From the sequence record MF327009: DNA of 64,000 nucleotides; one strand, 5' to 3'. The notes under the pieces were generated by a model, which did not search any database, was not told the DNA's origin, and saw only the letters and a program-made list of their open reading frames with translations. The stretch is from Shigella phage Sf25. Both the position numbers and the translations under genes were made by a program. Numbering within the stretch: position 1 is the first letter of the stretch; every line of letters begins with the position of its first letter. Of this stretch, positions 52,499 through 61,330 are shown one piece after another.

Positions 52499-53100
52499 AT
52501 CGCTTGTTCAAAGATAACGCTACCGGGAAAGTTCTTGCTTCCCGGGTAGCTGTCGTAATTCTTTTATTTATGATGGCGATTGTTTGGTATAGGGGAGATA
52601 GTTTCTTTGAGTACTATAAGCAATCAAAGTATGAAACATACAGTGAAATTATTGAAAAGGAAAGAAATGCACGCTTTGAATCTGTCGCCCTGGAACAACT
52701 CCAGATAGTTCATATATCATCTGAGGCAGACTTTAGTGCGGTGTATTCTTTCCGCCCTAAAAACTTAAACTATTTTGTTGATATTATAGCATACGAAGGA
52801 AGATTACCTTCAACAATAACTGAAAAATCACTTGGAGGATATCCTGTTGATAAAACTATGGATGAATATATAGTTCATTTAAATGGACGTCATTATTATT
52901 CTGACTCAAAATTTGCTTTTTTACCAACTAAAAAGCCTACTCCCGAAATAAACTACATGTACAGTTGTCCATATTTTAATTTGGATAATATCTATGCTGG
53001 AACGATAACCATGTACTGGTATAGAAATGATCATATAAGTAATGACCGCCTTGAATCAATATGTGCTCAGGCGGCCAGAATATTAGGAAGGGCTAAATAA
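52467..53100 (+). CDS. t: holin T; the ATG at 52467 is out of frame with the body (in-frame body 52453-53100, first canonical start TTG 52504)
   Basis: Body (WPS)DILFGVLDRLFKDNATGKVLASRVAVVILLFMMAIVWYRGDSFFEYY matches recalled T4 T residues 11-218; ATG GCC is followed by a stop in its own frame. Confidence 0.75.
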
Positions 53101-53373
53101 TTATTTGTTTGTATACATCTCTAGATATCGATATACACCCTCAAAACCCTCGTTGAATTCGTCGATGAGGGTTTTCTTATCTTCTTGAGTTAATTCAGAA
53201 ACAATTTTACGGAATGAATTCTGATTTAATTTTCTACCTTCATGCGTTACTCCAATCTCATTCAAAAATGCAATAAAATTAGCACGATTTTCAACAATAT
53301 CTTCTCTGGAAAATTTAATCAAAATAGACGCAACAGTAATAATTTCACGAACTGTATCAATGTTTTTATTCAT
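53101..53373 (-). CDS. asiA: AsiA anti-sigma70 factor
   Basis: 90-aa ORF MNKNIDTVREIITVASILIKFSREDIVENRANFIAFLNEIGVTHEG; matches recalled T4 AsiA. Confidence 0.9.
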   Translation of the reverse strand: MNKNIDTVREIITVASILIKFSREDIVENRANFIAFLNEIGVTHEGRKLNQNSFRKIVSELTQEDKKTLIDEFNEGFEGVYRYLEMYTNK

Positions 53374-53385
53374 TAACTATACCAC

Positions 53386-53538
53386 TCAATTAGTTGACTT
53401 TGTTATAATATCATCAGACGCTTGATTTGTAAACTGGTCTGTGTTATTTTCTTCAAAAATTTTTTCTACGAATTCCTTGAACGACTCGCGTTCCTGAGCT
53501 ACATTATGCTCGATTACCTTTTCAAGATTATGACTCAT
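53386..53538 (-). CDS. small hypothetical protein (50 aa)
   Basis: Manual translation MSHNLEKVIEHNVAQERESFKEF; start overlaps the arn stop (ATGA). Confidence 0.35.
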   Translation of the reverse strand: MSHNLEKVIEHNVAQERESFKEFVEKIFEENNTDQFTNQASDDIITKSTN

Positions 53539-53813
53539 TCGAAATAATCTTCAATTTCGTAATCATGGACGTAAATCATTATAGTTTTTAATACATCATC
53601 AATACTTTTTCCTGGAGCTGGAATTACGTAAAAATATCCTGCTTTTGAGAGGTCTTTATAAGTTCCAATCAAGAAATCATTATTCTCAAGATGTAGTTCT
53701 TCAACTAATTCATTAACAATTGAGTGGTATAAATTTGGTAGAAACTTATATAGCTTTTCTAGAATATCAATTTTGATTGTATATTGAACCACGGACTGAG
53801 AATCAATAATCAT
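53535..53813 (-). CDS. arn: Arn anti-restriction protein
   Basis: 92-aa ORF; length and position between asiA and motA as in T4. Confidence 0.75.
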   Translation of the reverse strand: MIIDSQSVVQYTIKIDILEKLYKFLPNLYHSIVNELVEELHLENNDFLIGTYKDLSKAGYFYVIPAPGKSIDDVLKTIMIYVHDYEIEDYFE

Positions 53814-53896
53814 AGACCTTCCCCTTATGTTTCTGTTTGCGATTAGATTCTTTAAACGCTTTCTTCTTATCTTTATGAACAGAAGCTTTATTAAAA

Positions 53897-54115
53897 TTAT
53901 GTTTTGCGACTAAATTGTTCATAGTGCTGAATTACCTCTCTTAAACATTTGCATGTGAATGAAAACTTTTTAGCTACACCACATTCAAATATATGTTCTC
54001 TTAAATCGCGTGTATCGGTATATCCCATCTCAACAATAAAGTGCCTTATCAGATTTTTATCTTTATCATTCAGAGAGTTAAAATAATCAGATTTTGAATT
54101 AATTTCCCTGGCCAA
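53897..54115 (-). CDS. hypothetical protein (72 aa)
   Basis: ORF track. Confidence 0.4.
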   Translation of the reverse strand: MAREINSKSDYFNSLNDKDKNLIRHFIVEMGYTDTRDLREHIFECGVAKKFSFTCKCLREVIQHYEQFSRKT

Positions 54116-54395
54116 ATTGAATCACCTTCAGTTGACGTTTTAATTCTTTTATCATTTCTTCGTTCATCGCAATATAAAGATCGCGTAAAGCAGGTTTTAG
54201 CATGTCATTTATTATAGAACTAAATGGACACACATAATCTTTTCCTACAAGCTTTTTGGTGAATTCCATATCACAGAACTTAAATCCCGGCTCATTGGCA
54301 TAAATTCCCCAATTAGTTGACATCATTTTATTAGCATATTCCAGTGCCTGGATTTGATTCATAATTCCATCAATTTGAAACTTTTTAATATTCAT
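54099..54395 (-). CDS. hypothetical protein (98 aa)
   Basis: ORF track. Confidence 0.45.
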   Translation of the reverse strand: MNIKKFQIDGIMNQIQALEYANKMMSTNWGIYANEPGFKFCDMEFTKKLVGKDYVCPFSSIINDMLKPALRDLYIAMNEEMIKELKRQLKVIQFGQGN

Positions 54396-54856
54396 TAGTA
54401 AAGGTCCTCAGAGTAAAGTTCTTTTTCACTACCACCACGTTCAATACGTACTTGTCCAGCGTAAGTTGCAATAATCATTGCTTCTTCACGTGTCCAATAA
54501 TTACTATATTGGTCAATAAACCCTTGGTCATCATCACAAACTTGTTGAGTAACTAATTGAGGTTTAACTACATCTAAAACTTCTGCCATATCTTTAGAAT
54601 AATGACGAGCACCTGGAATAATAAGAGTTCGTCCATCTTTTAATTTAAAACGGTTGGCTGCACAGACAATTCGTCGTTGATACTTTTGGTTTTCATCCCA
54701 ATATGCAGGCTGCCAACAGATTTCAGGAACTTCTTTCAGAATATCTTCTTCTGTGCATTTATAACCATGCGCTTTAAATTTTTCAACAAGACTTTCTGGA
54801 GTTTCACGAGATAAAGGAACATTCAGCATTTTTAAACGATTAATAAATGGGTTCAT
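54395..54856 (-). CDS. hypothetical protein (153 aa)
   Basis: ORF track. Confidence 0.45.
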   Translation of the reverse strand: MNPFINRLKMLNVPLSRETPESLVEKFKAHGYKCTEEDILKEVPEICWQPAYWDENQKYQRRIVCAANRFKLKDGRTLIIPGARHYSKDMAEVLDVVKPQLVTQQVCDDDQGFIDQYSNYWTREEAMIIATYAGQVRIERGGSEKELYSEDLY

Positions 54857-55182
54857 TTAAACCATCCTTTAATACGTTGCCACAAAGTTTTCTGCTGAGC
54901 TTTGTTAACACCAATTGAACGAATAACCGGTTGAGATTCCTGGAATTCTTTATAATCGGCAAGGTAAATTTCGTAAGCTGCATCCGTAAATGAACTTATC
55001 GCTGCCATAAAATTATTGCGAATACCTACTGGAGCATCTTTACTTTCACGAATAATCATGTATTTACCAGTCTTAATCTTTACGATAGTTCCAAGATAAG
55101 CTCCGTGGTACCAAATATCCCAACCCTCTTGAGTAGGTTCTGCGCAACGACGAAGTTCATTAACAATTTCTAACTTGTTCAT
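54853..55182 (-). CDS. hypothetical protein (109 aa)
   Basis: ORF track. Confidence 0.45.
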   Translation of the reverse strand: MNKLEIVNELRRCAEPTQEGWDIWYHGAYLGTIVKIKTGKYMIIRESKDAPVGIRNNFMAAISSFTDAAYEIYLADYKEFQESQPVIRSIGVNKAQQKTLWQRIKGWFK

Positions 55183-55192
55183 TATTTATTCC

Positions 55193-55828
55193 TCACAGTT
55201 CAGATGCTACAGTGATTACAGCTTCAATGTTTTCTGCCGAGCGTTTAATGTCAAGATACACATTACCGTTTTTAGCGATTTTACATGACATTCCGATGTC
55301 AGTAAATTTCTGAATATGATGTTCCATCATTTTGTATCCAAAAATTCGCATGTTTCCATTGTTGTTAATTTCAAAATTGCGAATTCCGTGAGTGCGTTTT
55401 TCTAAAATAGCGAGATAGTTACTGCGATAAGTTTCAACCTTTTTAAGAACAAATCCATTTTCATCTAAAAGTTTTAACATGAGGTCTTTATCTTCTTCCA
55501 TATCGGAAGTAATCTCGCGAGCTTTACGAGTTGCTCGTTTTTTCAGTAGTTCCGGAGCATTTTCTTGTGCGTATAAAGTTGCTGCATTTGAAATAATATC
55601 CTGAGCTTCACCAGTAATGATTAATCCATCACCAGATTTCTCCACCAGGCCTTTTTTAATCAATACCCCAATATTACTATTAACTACTGCGTTACCTAAA
55701 TCTGGATGCACCTCACGAACTTCTGCGGCTGTAATGAAATCTTTCTTAGCAATAGTAATTAAAATCGCAGCTGTTTTTTCATTCAGAACATCGTTAGAAG
55801 CTTTGATGATGTAAGTTACTTTAGACAT
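55193..55828 (-). CDS. motA: MotA middle-transcription activator
   Basis: 211-aa ORF MSKVTYIIKASNDVLNEKTAAILITIAKKDFITAAEVREVHPDLGNAVV; matches recalled T4 MotA. Confidence 0.9.
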   Translation of the reverse strand: MSKVTYIIKASNDVLNEKTAAILITIAKKDFITAAEVREVHPDLGNAVVNSNIGVLIKKGLVEKSGDGLIITGEAQDIISNAATLYAQENAPELLKKRATRKAREITSDMEEDKDLMLKLLDENGFVLKKVETYRSNYLAILEKRTHGIRNFEINNNGNMRIFGYKMMEHHIQKFTDIGMSCKIAKNGNVYLDIKRSAENIEAVITVASEL

Positions 55829-55869
55829 TTTCTAATCTCCGTAATTCTGTATCAGTAGTTGATAGTTGT

Positions 55870-55899
55870 ATAGTACCACAGTATGCTTTGGTTGTAAAC
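55870..55899 (-). promoter_or_regulatory. early promoter for motA (-35 GTTTAC, -10 TACTAT)
   Basis: Minus-strand GGTTTACaaccaaagcatactgtggTACTAT with AT-rich upstream element; motA is an immediate-early gene in T4. Confidence 0.55.
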
Positions 55900-55930
55900 C
55901 GTTTTGTGAAAAAATTTTTGAAATAAAAAA

Positions 55931-55950
55931 GGGAGAGCCGAGGCTCTCCC
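55931..55950 (-). terminator. rho-independent terminator (GGGAGAGCC-GA-GGCTCTCCC plus U-run)
   Basis: Strong stem-loop; minus-strand T-run follows. Confidence 0.65.
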
Positions 55951-55955
55951 TAAAA

Positions 55956-56105
55956 TTACTGCTCAAACACGATAACTATCATGATAACACGTTGAATTCC
56001 GAACGCAAGAAGACCTCCTGCTACGGCTGGAACAACACCTAAACCAGCCAGTAAAATGCTACCGGATACTAATGCAGCGCTTGTAATACCTATGAATGGA
56101 CTCAT
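55956..56105 (-). CDS. small hydrophobic membrane protein (49 aa)
   Basis: Manual translation MSPFIGITSAALVSGSILLAGLGVVPAVAGGLLAFGIQRVIMIVIVFEQ; overlaps the gene 52 stop. Confidence 0.4.
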   Translation of the reverse strand: MSPFIGITSAALVSGSILLAGLGVVPAVAGGLLAFGIQRVIMIVIVFEQ

Positions 56106-57430
56106 TTGATTTCCTCTAAATCTTTGGTGTATTCTGTAACTACATCAGTAGTTTTCCAATATTCGTTTTCTTCTTTTTTAGCTTTAGCTTCTTCAGCAAG
56201 TTTCTTTGCTTCATCAGAAGTCATATGAAAAATATTCATACCAACTAGTTTATCAACATAAGAAGAATACATATCAATTTTAGAAAGTTCTTCTGTCAGT
56301 TCTTTACGAGTTTTACCTTGTACAACAATTTCACCTGAAATTACTTTCTTAATGAAATGTGCCTTGGCAAAGGCTAAACGAAATGCTGATTCAGTTTCTT
56401 TGATTTTGTTATCAATTCGTTTTTGGACATAAGTTTTACGAATTTCAACAAAGTCTTTAATTAAATCGACTACGTTATCGTAAACTTGTAGTTTTCCTTT
56501 CTCATTAATAACCGTAATATTCTGAGAACGACGCTCAATCAACCCGAAGTCTTTCATAATTTTTGCATGGCGTTCTTCTTCATTATCGCTCAAAGAATAT
56601 TCTTTACGGAATTTAACTTTAAAGCCAAAACCATGCTCACCACAAGCATCATCCCATGTAATGAAGCCTTTATCTTCAAGTGGGTCTAAGATTTTACTCA
56701 CATAAGTTTCACGATCATACTTATACGGAATCTCAGTGATATGCATTTGAGTTCGTGAAGTAAACTTATATGTTCCACGAATTTCATATTGCCCATCAAT
56801 TTCAACGACTTCACCACGAAATTCTGGGAATTCTACCTTCGGTTTAGTTACTTTCTTTCCTTGAAGAGCTTGTAGTACAGCTTTCTTGACAGAAGAAACG
56901 CTATGAGGAAGAATGTAAGTTGCATAACCAGTTGCAATACCGGAAACGCCATTAAGAAGAACAGTAGGAATAATAGGCAAATAGAAAGCAGGCGGAATGT
57001 GTTCTTTATCTTGATGTACCGGAGCATATTCAGTATCTTTATATACGTTATAGAAATTTTTACTTACACGAGCAAAAATATAACGACTTGCTGCTGCTTT
57101 TTGGACGGTACGAGAACCAAAGTTTCCTTGACCATCTAACAGAGGAAAGTTATTATTCCAAGTATTAGCCATCAAAGCACCTGCGTCTTGTGCAGAGTTT
57201 TCACCATGATGATATCCAAGGTCTGCTACACCACCTGCAATAGAAGCGAGTTTGTGAAACTTATCTTTATTTCCTCGTGCCAAATCAAGAGCTCGAGAAA
57301 TAACAAATCGTTGAACTGGCTTAAATCCATCAATCATATTTGGGATAGCACGATTTTCAACCGTGTACATAGCATAAGCCAATGCTTCATTATCAATGAT
57401 ACTTTTTAAATCGCGATTATTCAGTTGCAT
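56102..57430 (-). CDS. 52: DNA topoisomerase II medium subunit gp52 (GyrA-like)
   Basis: 442-aa ORF MQLNNRDLKSIIDNEALAYAMYTVENRAIPNMIDGFKPVQRFV; matches recalled T4 gp52. Confidence 0.9.
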   Translation of the reverse strand: MQLNNRDLKSIIDNEALAYAMYTVENRAIPNMIDGFKPVQRFVISRALDLARGNKDKFHKLASIAGGVADLGYHHGENSAQDAGALMANTWNNNFPLLDGQGNFGSRTVQKAAASRYIFARVSKNFYNVYKDTEYAPVHQDKEHIPPAFYLPIIPTVLLNGVSGIATGYATYILPHSVSSVKKAVLQALQGKKVTKPKVEFPEFRGEVVEIDGQYEIRGTYKFTSRTQMHITEIPYKYDRETYVSKILDPLEDKGFITWDDACGEHGFGFKVKFRKEYSLSDNEEERHAKIMKDFGLIERRSQNITVINEKGKLQVYDNVVDLIKDFVEIRKTYVQKRIDNKIKETESAFRLAFAKAHFIKKVISGEIVVQGKTRKELTEELSKIDMYSSYVDKLVGMNIFHMTSDEAKKLAEEAKAKKEENEYWKTTDVVTEYTKDLEEIK

Positions 57431-57434
57431 AAAT

Positions 57435-57575
57435 TTACCATACTAGTGAATGTAGTGCCATAATAACATCAGAAATGAAAAGCACGACTTGAATTAATCC
57501 GAACATTACTCCATAATATAGTGCTACCAATAAAGTAGCAAGGGCTAATGAATAGCCCAAGATTTTCTTAATCAT
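57435..57575 (-). CDS. ac: small membrane protein (46 aa), ac-like
   Basis: Manual translation MIKKILGYSLALATLLVALYYGVMFGLIQVVLF; position as T4 ac; T4 Ac recalled as 51 aa. Confidence 0.4.
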   Translation of the reverse strand: MIKKILGYSLALATLLVALYYGVMFGLIQVVLFISDVIMALHSLVW

Positions 57576-57620
57576 TAGTAGATAACAACACAAATGTTAA
57601 ATATGCACACATACCCTGGG

Positions 57621-57680
57621 CTAAAGCTTGAAATTATTACGATAGAACTGCATCACATGTTCGTTATGGAAATTACTCAT
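57621..57680 (-). CDS. stp: Stp-like peptide (19 aa; T4 Stp is 26 aa)
   Basis: Manual translation [19 protein letters not shown]; first 16 residues match recalled T4 Stp. Confidence 0.4.
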   Translation of the reverse strand: MSNFHNEHVMQFYRNNFKL

Positions 57681-58138
57681 TAATATGCCTGCAAAACAAA
57701 TTTAAAGTTATCAGCCAACATACGGTTCATTTCTTCAAGTGTTTGATACTCAGAATGATGATTACGAGTAAACGCTAAAGCTAACTGTCCTTTTCCAAAT
57801 CCCGTCGTCAGAGGTTTCATCTTAGAAGCAGGCAGATAAAATACTGTGTATACCATATTGTTATTTGCAATAGTACGTGCAAGCTGAGACCGACGTTGAC
57901 GAATATGACTTAGAACTGCACTGAATCCTTGCTTAGAACGCTGATTACCTACATAAAATCGTGCAGACACACATGGATTACTAAATGGACGACCATCTAA
58001 TTTACTTACTAAAAAGTAAAATCCAGGTTTAGATAAAATATCTTTATGCGGAGTTCCCAAAAACCACTCACCACCCTTGATTGTACCAATAACAGTTGCG
58101 CCTGCATTATTCAGATCAGTAACAGTCATATATTTCAT
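57680..58138 (-). CDS. ndd: Ndd nucleoid disruption protein
   Basis: 152 aa from [28 protein letters not shown]; position as in T4. Confidence 0.75.
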
Positions 58139-58198
58139 ATTAATTTCCTCTAAATTATTTTCTACTCCAAGGCCGCATGAATACACGCGGCCATTAAA

Positions 58199-58414
58199 TT
58201 AATCGTCGCAGTCGACGCTCAATTCCCAAAACTCTTCTACGGTATAAGTTTCAGTATCATTTTCAATACAAAAACGTTCATTACTGTTATTTGCTAAAGT
58301 AGCATTAACTGTCGGTTTCTCGCTAGTGCTCTTAAGAGGTGAAATGCGAATTAACTGATCACCGTTATCTAAACAGAAAATTTCACCAACTTTTACATCT
58401 TTAAAACTTTTCAT
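58199..58414 (-). CDS. hypothetical protein (71 aa), ndd.x
   Basis: ORF track. Confidence 0.4.
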   Translation of the reverse strand: MKSFKDVKVGEIFCLDNGDQLIRISPLKSTSEKPTVNATLANNSNERFCIENDTETYTVEEFWELSVDCDD

Positions 58415-58529
58415 AATTCACCTCAAGGAGTATAAAATCCAAATGCAGTTGTTGACCATCCCATCCAATATGGAAAATTTGCACCAATGTAAAACATAAG
58501 AATATAAAACCAAATGTTTAGTAAATTCA

Positions 58530-58718
58530 TTATTTTACACCATTCCAAATTGTTTCAACTACAGATTTTAAGCCATTTTGATGAATGTCCATTCCGACTA
58601 CCGCCATCAAATAGATTCCAACTACGTTTAACATATCAATCATTAAAACGATTGGGAATATACTCAAAACTACTAGTATTATAACTACATTCCATATAGC
58701 TTTAATAATCTTTTTCAT
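58530..58718 (-). CDS. small membrane protein (about 62 aa from MKKIIKAIWNVVIIL)
   Basis: ORF track 58530-58853, trimmed to the internal Met preceded by GGAGG and an early promoter at 58746-58776. Confidence 0.4.
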   Translation of the reverse strand: MKKIIKAIWNVVIILVVLSIFPIVLMIDMLNVVGIYLMAVVGMDIHQNGLKSVVETIWNGVK

Positions 58719-58961
58719 TTTCTGTTCCTCCGTAGTTGATAGGGTAATAATACCACAGAGGAACAGTCTTGTAAACAACTTTTTTAAAAATATTCGTAAT
58801 AAATGTGAATACCAACTACTACTGCTGAAACTTGCACAACCCACCACGCACAAGCAATAAGCACAGAATTCAAAATTTTCATAATAACCTCATCACAAAA
58901 GTAAATGTTAAACAAATTAATGGAATACTAATTAACCAAACGAAACACCACCATAATGAAC

Positions 58962-59225
58962 TCATAGTTCAATCTCAGCGATTTCCAAGTGTTTTTGTTT
59001 TATTGCCTTTTTAACACAATCATGGACTAAATATGACCATGAATCATTATATTCTCCATTAACTAATCGTTGGAGATCTTCACGTGATGATAAGTAAGGT
59101 TGATCTGATTCCCATTTTGATAAAAATACTGCAGTAAAAATATCTCCTTCATCTGTAGTTGAAGTCGTAAATGCAATAAATTCACCGGTAATTTTATGTT
59201 TAGCGTAATAAAATTTAAATTTCAT
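58962..59225 (-). CDS. hypothetical protein (87 aa)
   Basis: ORF track; early promoter at 59253-59282 and GGAGG ribosome-binding site upstream. Confidence 0.45.
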   Translation of the reverse strand: MKFKFYYAKHKITGEFIAFTTSTTDEGDIFTAVFLSKWESDQPYLSSREDLQRLVNGEYNDSWSYLVHDCVKKAIKQKHLEIAEIEL

Positions 59226-59252
59226 TTTCCGCTCCTCCGTAGTTGATAGTTA

Positions 59253-59282
59253 TATAGTACCACGGTCCTTGTGGTATGTAAA
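59253..59282 (-). promoter_or_regulatory. early promoter (-35 GTTTAC, -10 TACTAT)
   Basis: Same cassette as at 39201-39230 and 55870-55899. Confidence 0.5.
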
Positions 59283-59299
59283 CCGTTTTGTGAAAATTT

Positions 59300-59857
59300 T
59301 TAAATGGAAAGATACCATCCGTTGTAGTTGCTTTTTCTTACAACCTTACGAAGGTCTTCTCTATCACCGATGAACTTCGGAGTGTACTGGATGACACCTG
59401 GGTGAATTTCTTTAGTGTTGAATATAATTATACAGTCAGCGACCTGATGATTCAGAATGGGCCCTAGATTTATTCCAGAACCATATGGATACTCTCCGCT
59501 GCATCCTGTTGTTACAGAAATCCAACGTGAGTCAGTTTGATGTGTCTTAACTTCTACACGAAGCCCGCAGTATCTTGGATGCGCCAATACATCCCATGCG
59601 TATGTATACGGGTCATTAACATCCTCTTGGCCTTTGTTAACATATCCGCTTAGCCAATCTGCTACAAAAAACTCTGCGTACACCGCGATACGACATCTTT
59701 CAATAACTTCTGCTTTATCCTGATTTGGATTTTGTTTTAAAGAGTATCTTGCTGTATCAGCAATTTTGACCTTCATTTCACTAGTCAAGTCATTGTTCGA
59801 TAGGGTAAATGTCGGAATCTGAAATAGTCTCTGTAAACCCGGATTCGTTTTCTGCAT
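59300..59857 (-). CDS. denB: endonuclease IV
   Basis: 185-aa ORF MQKTNPGLQRLFQIPTFTLSNNDL; length as T4 EndoIV. Confidence 0.8.
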   Translation of the reverse strand: MQKTNPGLQRLFQIPTFTLSNNDLTSEMKVKIADTARYSLKQNPNQDKAEVIERCRIAVYAEFFVADWLSGYVNKGQEDVNDPYTYAWDVLAHPRYCGLRVEVKTHQTDSRWISVTTGCSGEYPYGSGINLGPILNHQVADCIIIFNTKEIHPGVIQYTPKFIGDREDLRKVVRKSNYNGWYLSI

Positions 59858-60119
59858 TTAGACTTTCCTTTTTACCGCTGAGATAAGCGTTATACACTTT
59901 AAGAGTACCGTAGTAAATTCGGTCATTTTCATCTAAAGACACACGGTCAAGTTCATCAAGTTCCTTTTTATCCATGACTATAACATCATTGCAATAAAGA
60001 AACCCAAGTTTTTCGTGACCAAACTCAAATTTATTACAGTACACAATATTAGCGTGATGATTTCCGTGCAGTTTAATCTCTTTTATGTCGGAATCACCGA
60101 TATTCATACAATAAATCAT
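59790..60119 (-). CDS. hypothetical protein (109 aa); overlaps the denB start by 68 nt
   Basis: ORF track; the long overlap is atypical and makes the 3' boundary uncertain. Confidence 0.4.
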   Translation of the reverse strand: MIYCMNIGDSDIKEIKLHGNHHANIVYCNKFEFGHEKLGFLYCNDVIVMDKKELDELDRVSLDENDRIYYGTLKVYNAYLSGKKESLNAENESGFTETISDSDIYPIEQ

Positions 60120-60137
60120 AATTTTTCCTTAAAACAA

Positions 60138-60153
60138 AAGGGCCGAAGCCCTT
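60138..60153. terminator. hairpin (AAGGGCC-GAAG-CCCTT) with flanking T-runs on both strands
   Basis: Stem-loop between two minus-strand ORFs. Confidence 0.4.
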
Positions 60154-60157
60154 TATT

Positions 60158-60352
60158 TTACTTGAATTGTGCAATTCTTTTCTCTAGACATTCAGCATAA
60201 GATTTCATTGAGATGAACTGTGAAAGCAGCAGTTCTTGCTCAACTGCACTAACCGTTAGAAACTTTGTGCTTTCTAAAAATTTGCTCAGTGCATTAATTT
60301 TGAGCATTAATTGATCGTATTCTTCTTTTACTCGTGCTTGATAACCTAACAT
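60158..60352 (-). CDS. hypothetical protein (64 aa), rIIB.1-like
   Basis: ORF track. Confidence 0.45.
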   Translation of the reverse strand: MLGYQARVKEEYDQLMLKINALSKFLESTKFLTVSAVEQELLLSQFISMKSYAECLEKRIAQFK

Positions 60353-60380
60353 AATTTTCCTTAGTTAAGGGCCGAAGCCC

Positions 60381-61319
60381 TTATTTAAATTGCTCAGTAA
60401 CGTCTTCAACTACTTCGTATTGGCAAGTACGCATTTTAGCATCGTTGTAATCAATCGGAATTGATACTACATCACGCGGATGTACTTTAACTTTTACAAC
60501 TCGGCTAGTTGAACTACCAAAGTGACGAATATAAGATTTAGAACACACATGCAGACCACGAGAACAAGTTTGTGTATCATCGTCGTTCACACGAGTACGT
60601 GGCATTTTAACTACTTTACCAGGACTGTTATCAAAGGTATTTGAGTGACAATCAAAGTAATTGCTACGAACTACTTTCCAAGCATAGAAGTAACCATCTT
60701 CTGTAATTTCAATATCGTTTGCTACCAAGAAATCAAAGAGTCGAGATACCGCTTTTTGGCTTGGGTTTTCCAGCAGATTTTCCAAGAACGGAAAATAAAA
60801 TTCAAAGTTTTCACCTTTTTCCATCGAATCGAGAATACGATCAACTAAACCAGACCGTAATTCGATATTTTGATAGAACAAGCTTCCGCCTTCAATTCGA
60901 ACATCGCCGGAAATATATTTTTCAACAGCGCGACGAACATTAATTTTTTGTGCAGCTTCTTCCAGCTTATCCGCTACAAGCAGATTAAGAATTTCCTGGA
61001 AGTTTGAATGAGTATTAGGTGTTGCGTTATAAGTTACACCGTCGACAGTAATTGAAATGAATTTTTTAGATGCATTCCAAATAATGTCAGATTTAGCAAC
61101 TGGAGCAATAACTGCATCGCTATTAACTTTAACTGTAATATCACCGCTAATAGTAACTTTAGGGCGTTTAGCTTCTTCAGCATTTTTCAAAACACGACGG
61201 ATTGTATCAACCGATACATCCTTCCAATAAGCCAATTCCTGTTGGGTGTAATTACCGCTTGAATACAGTTTAACAATTTCAGCTTGTTCGTTTTTGGTCA
61301 GGCATTTAATATTGTACAT
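60381..61319 (-). CDS. rIIB: rIIB membrane-associated protein
   Basis: 312-aa ORF MYNIKCLTKNEQAEIVKLYSSGNYTQQELAYWKDVS; matches recalled T4 rIIB. Confidence 0.9.
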   Translation of the reverse strand: MYNIKCLTKNEQAEIVKLYSSGNYTQQELAYWKDVSVDTIRRVLKNAEEAKRPKVTISGDITVKVNSDAVIAPVAKSDIIWNASKKFISITVDGVTYNATPNTHSNFQEILNLLVADKLEEAAQKINVRRAVEKYISGDVRIEGGSLFYQNIELRSGLVDRILDSMEKGENFEFYFPFLENLLENPSQKAVSRLFDFLVANDIEITEDGYFYAWKVVRSNYFDCHSNTFDNSPGKVVKMPRTRVNDDDTQTCSRGLHVCSKSYIRHFGSSTSRVVKVKVHPRDVVSIPIDYNDAKMRTCQYEVVEDVTEQFK

Positions 61320-61330
61320 AATTTTCCTTA

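Noticed and set aside
59790-59857. 68-nt overlap between the 109-aa ORF and denB as another frameshift lesion
   Set aside because: Possible, but I have no reference sequence in mind for this small gene, so I cannot distinguish a natural long overlap from an indel.
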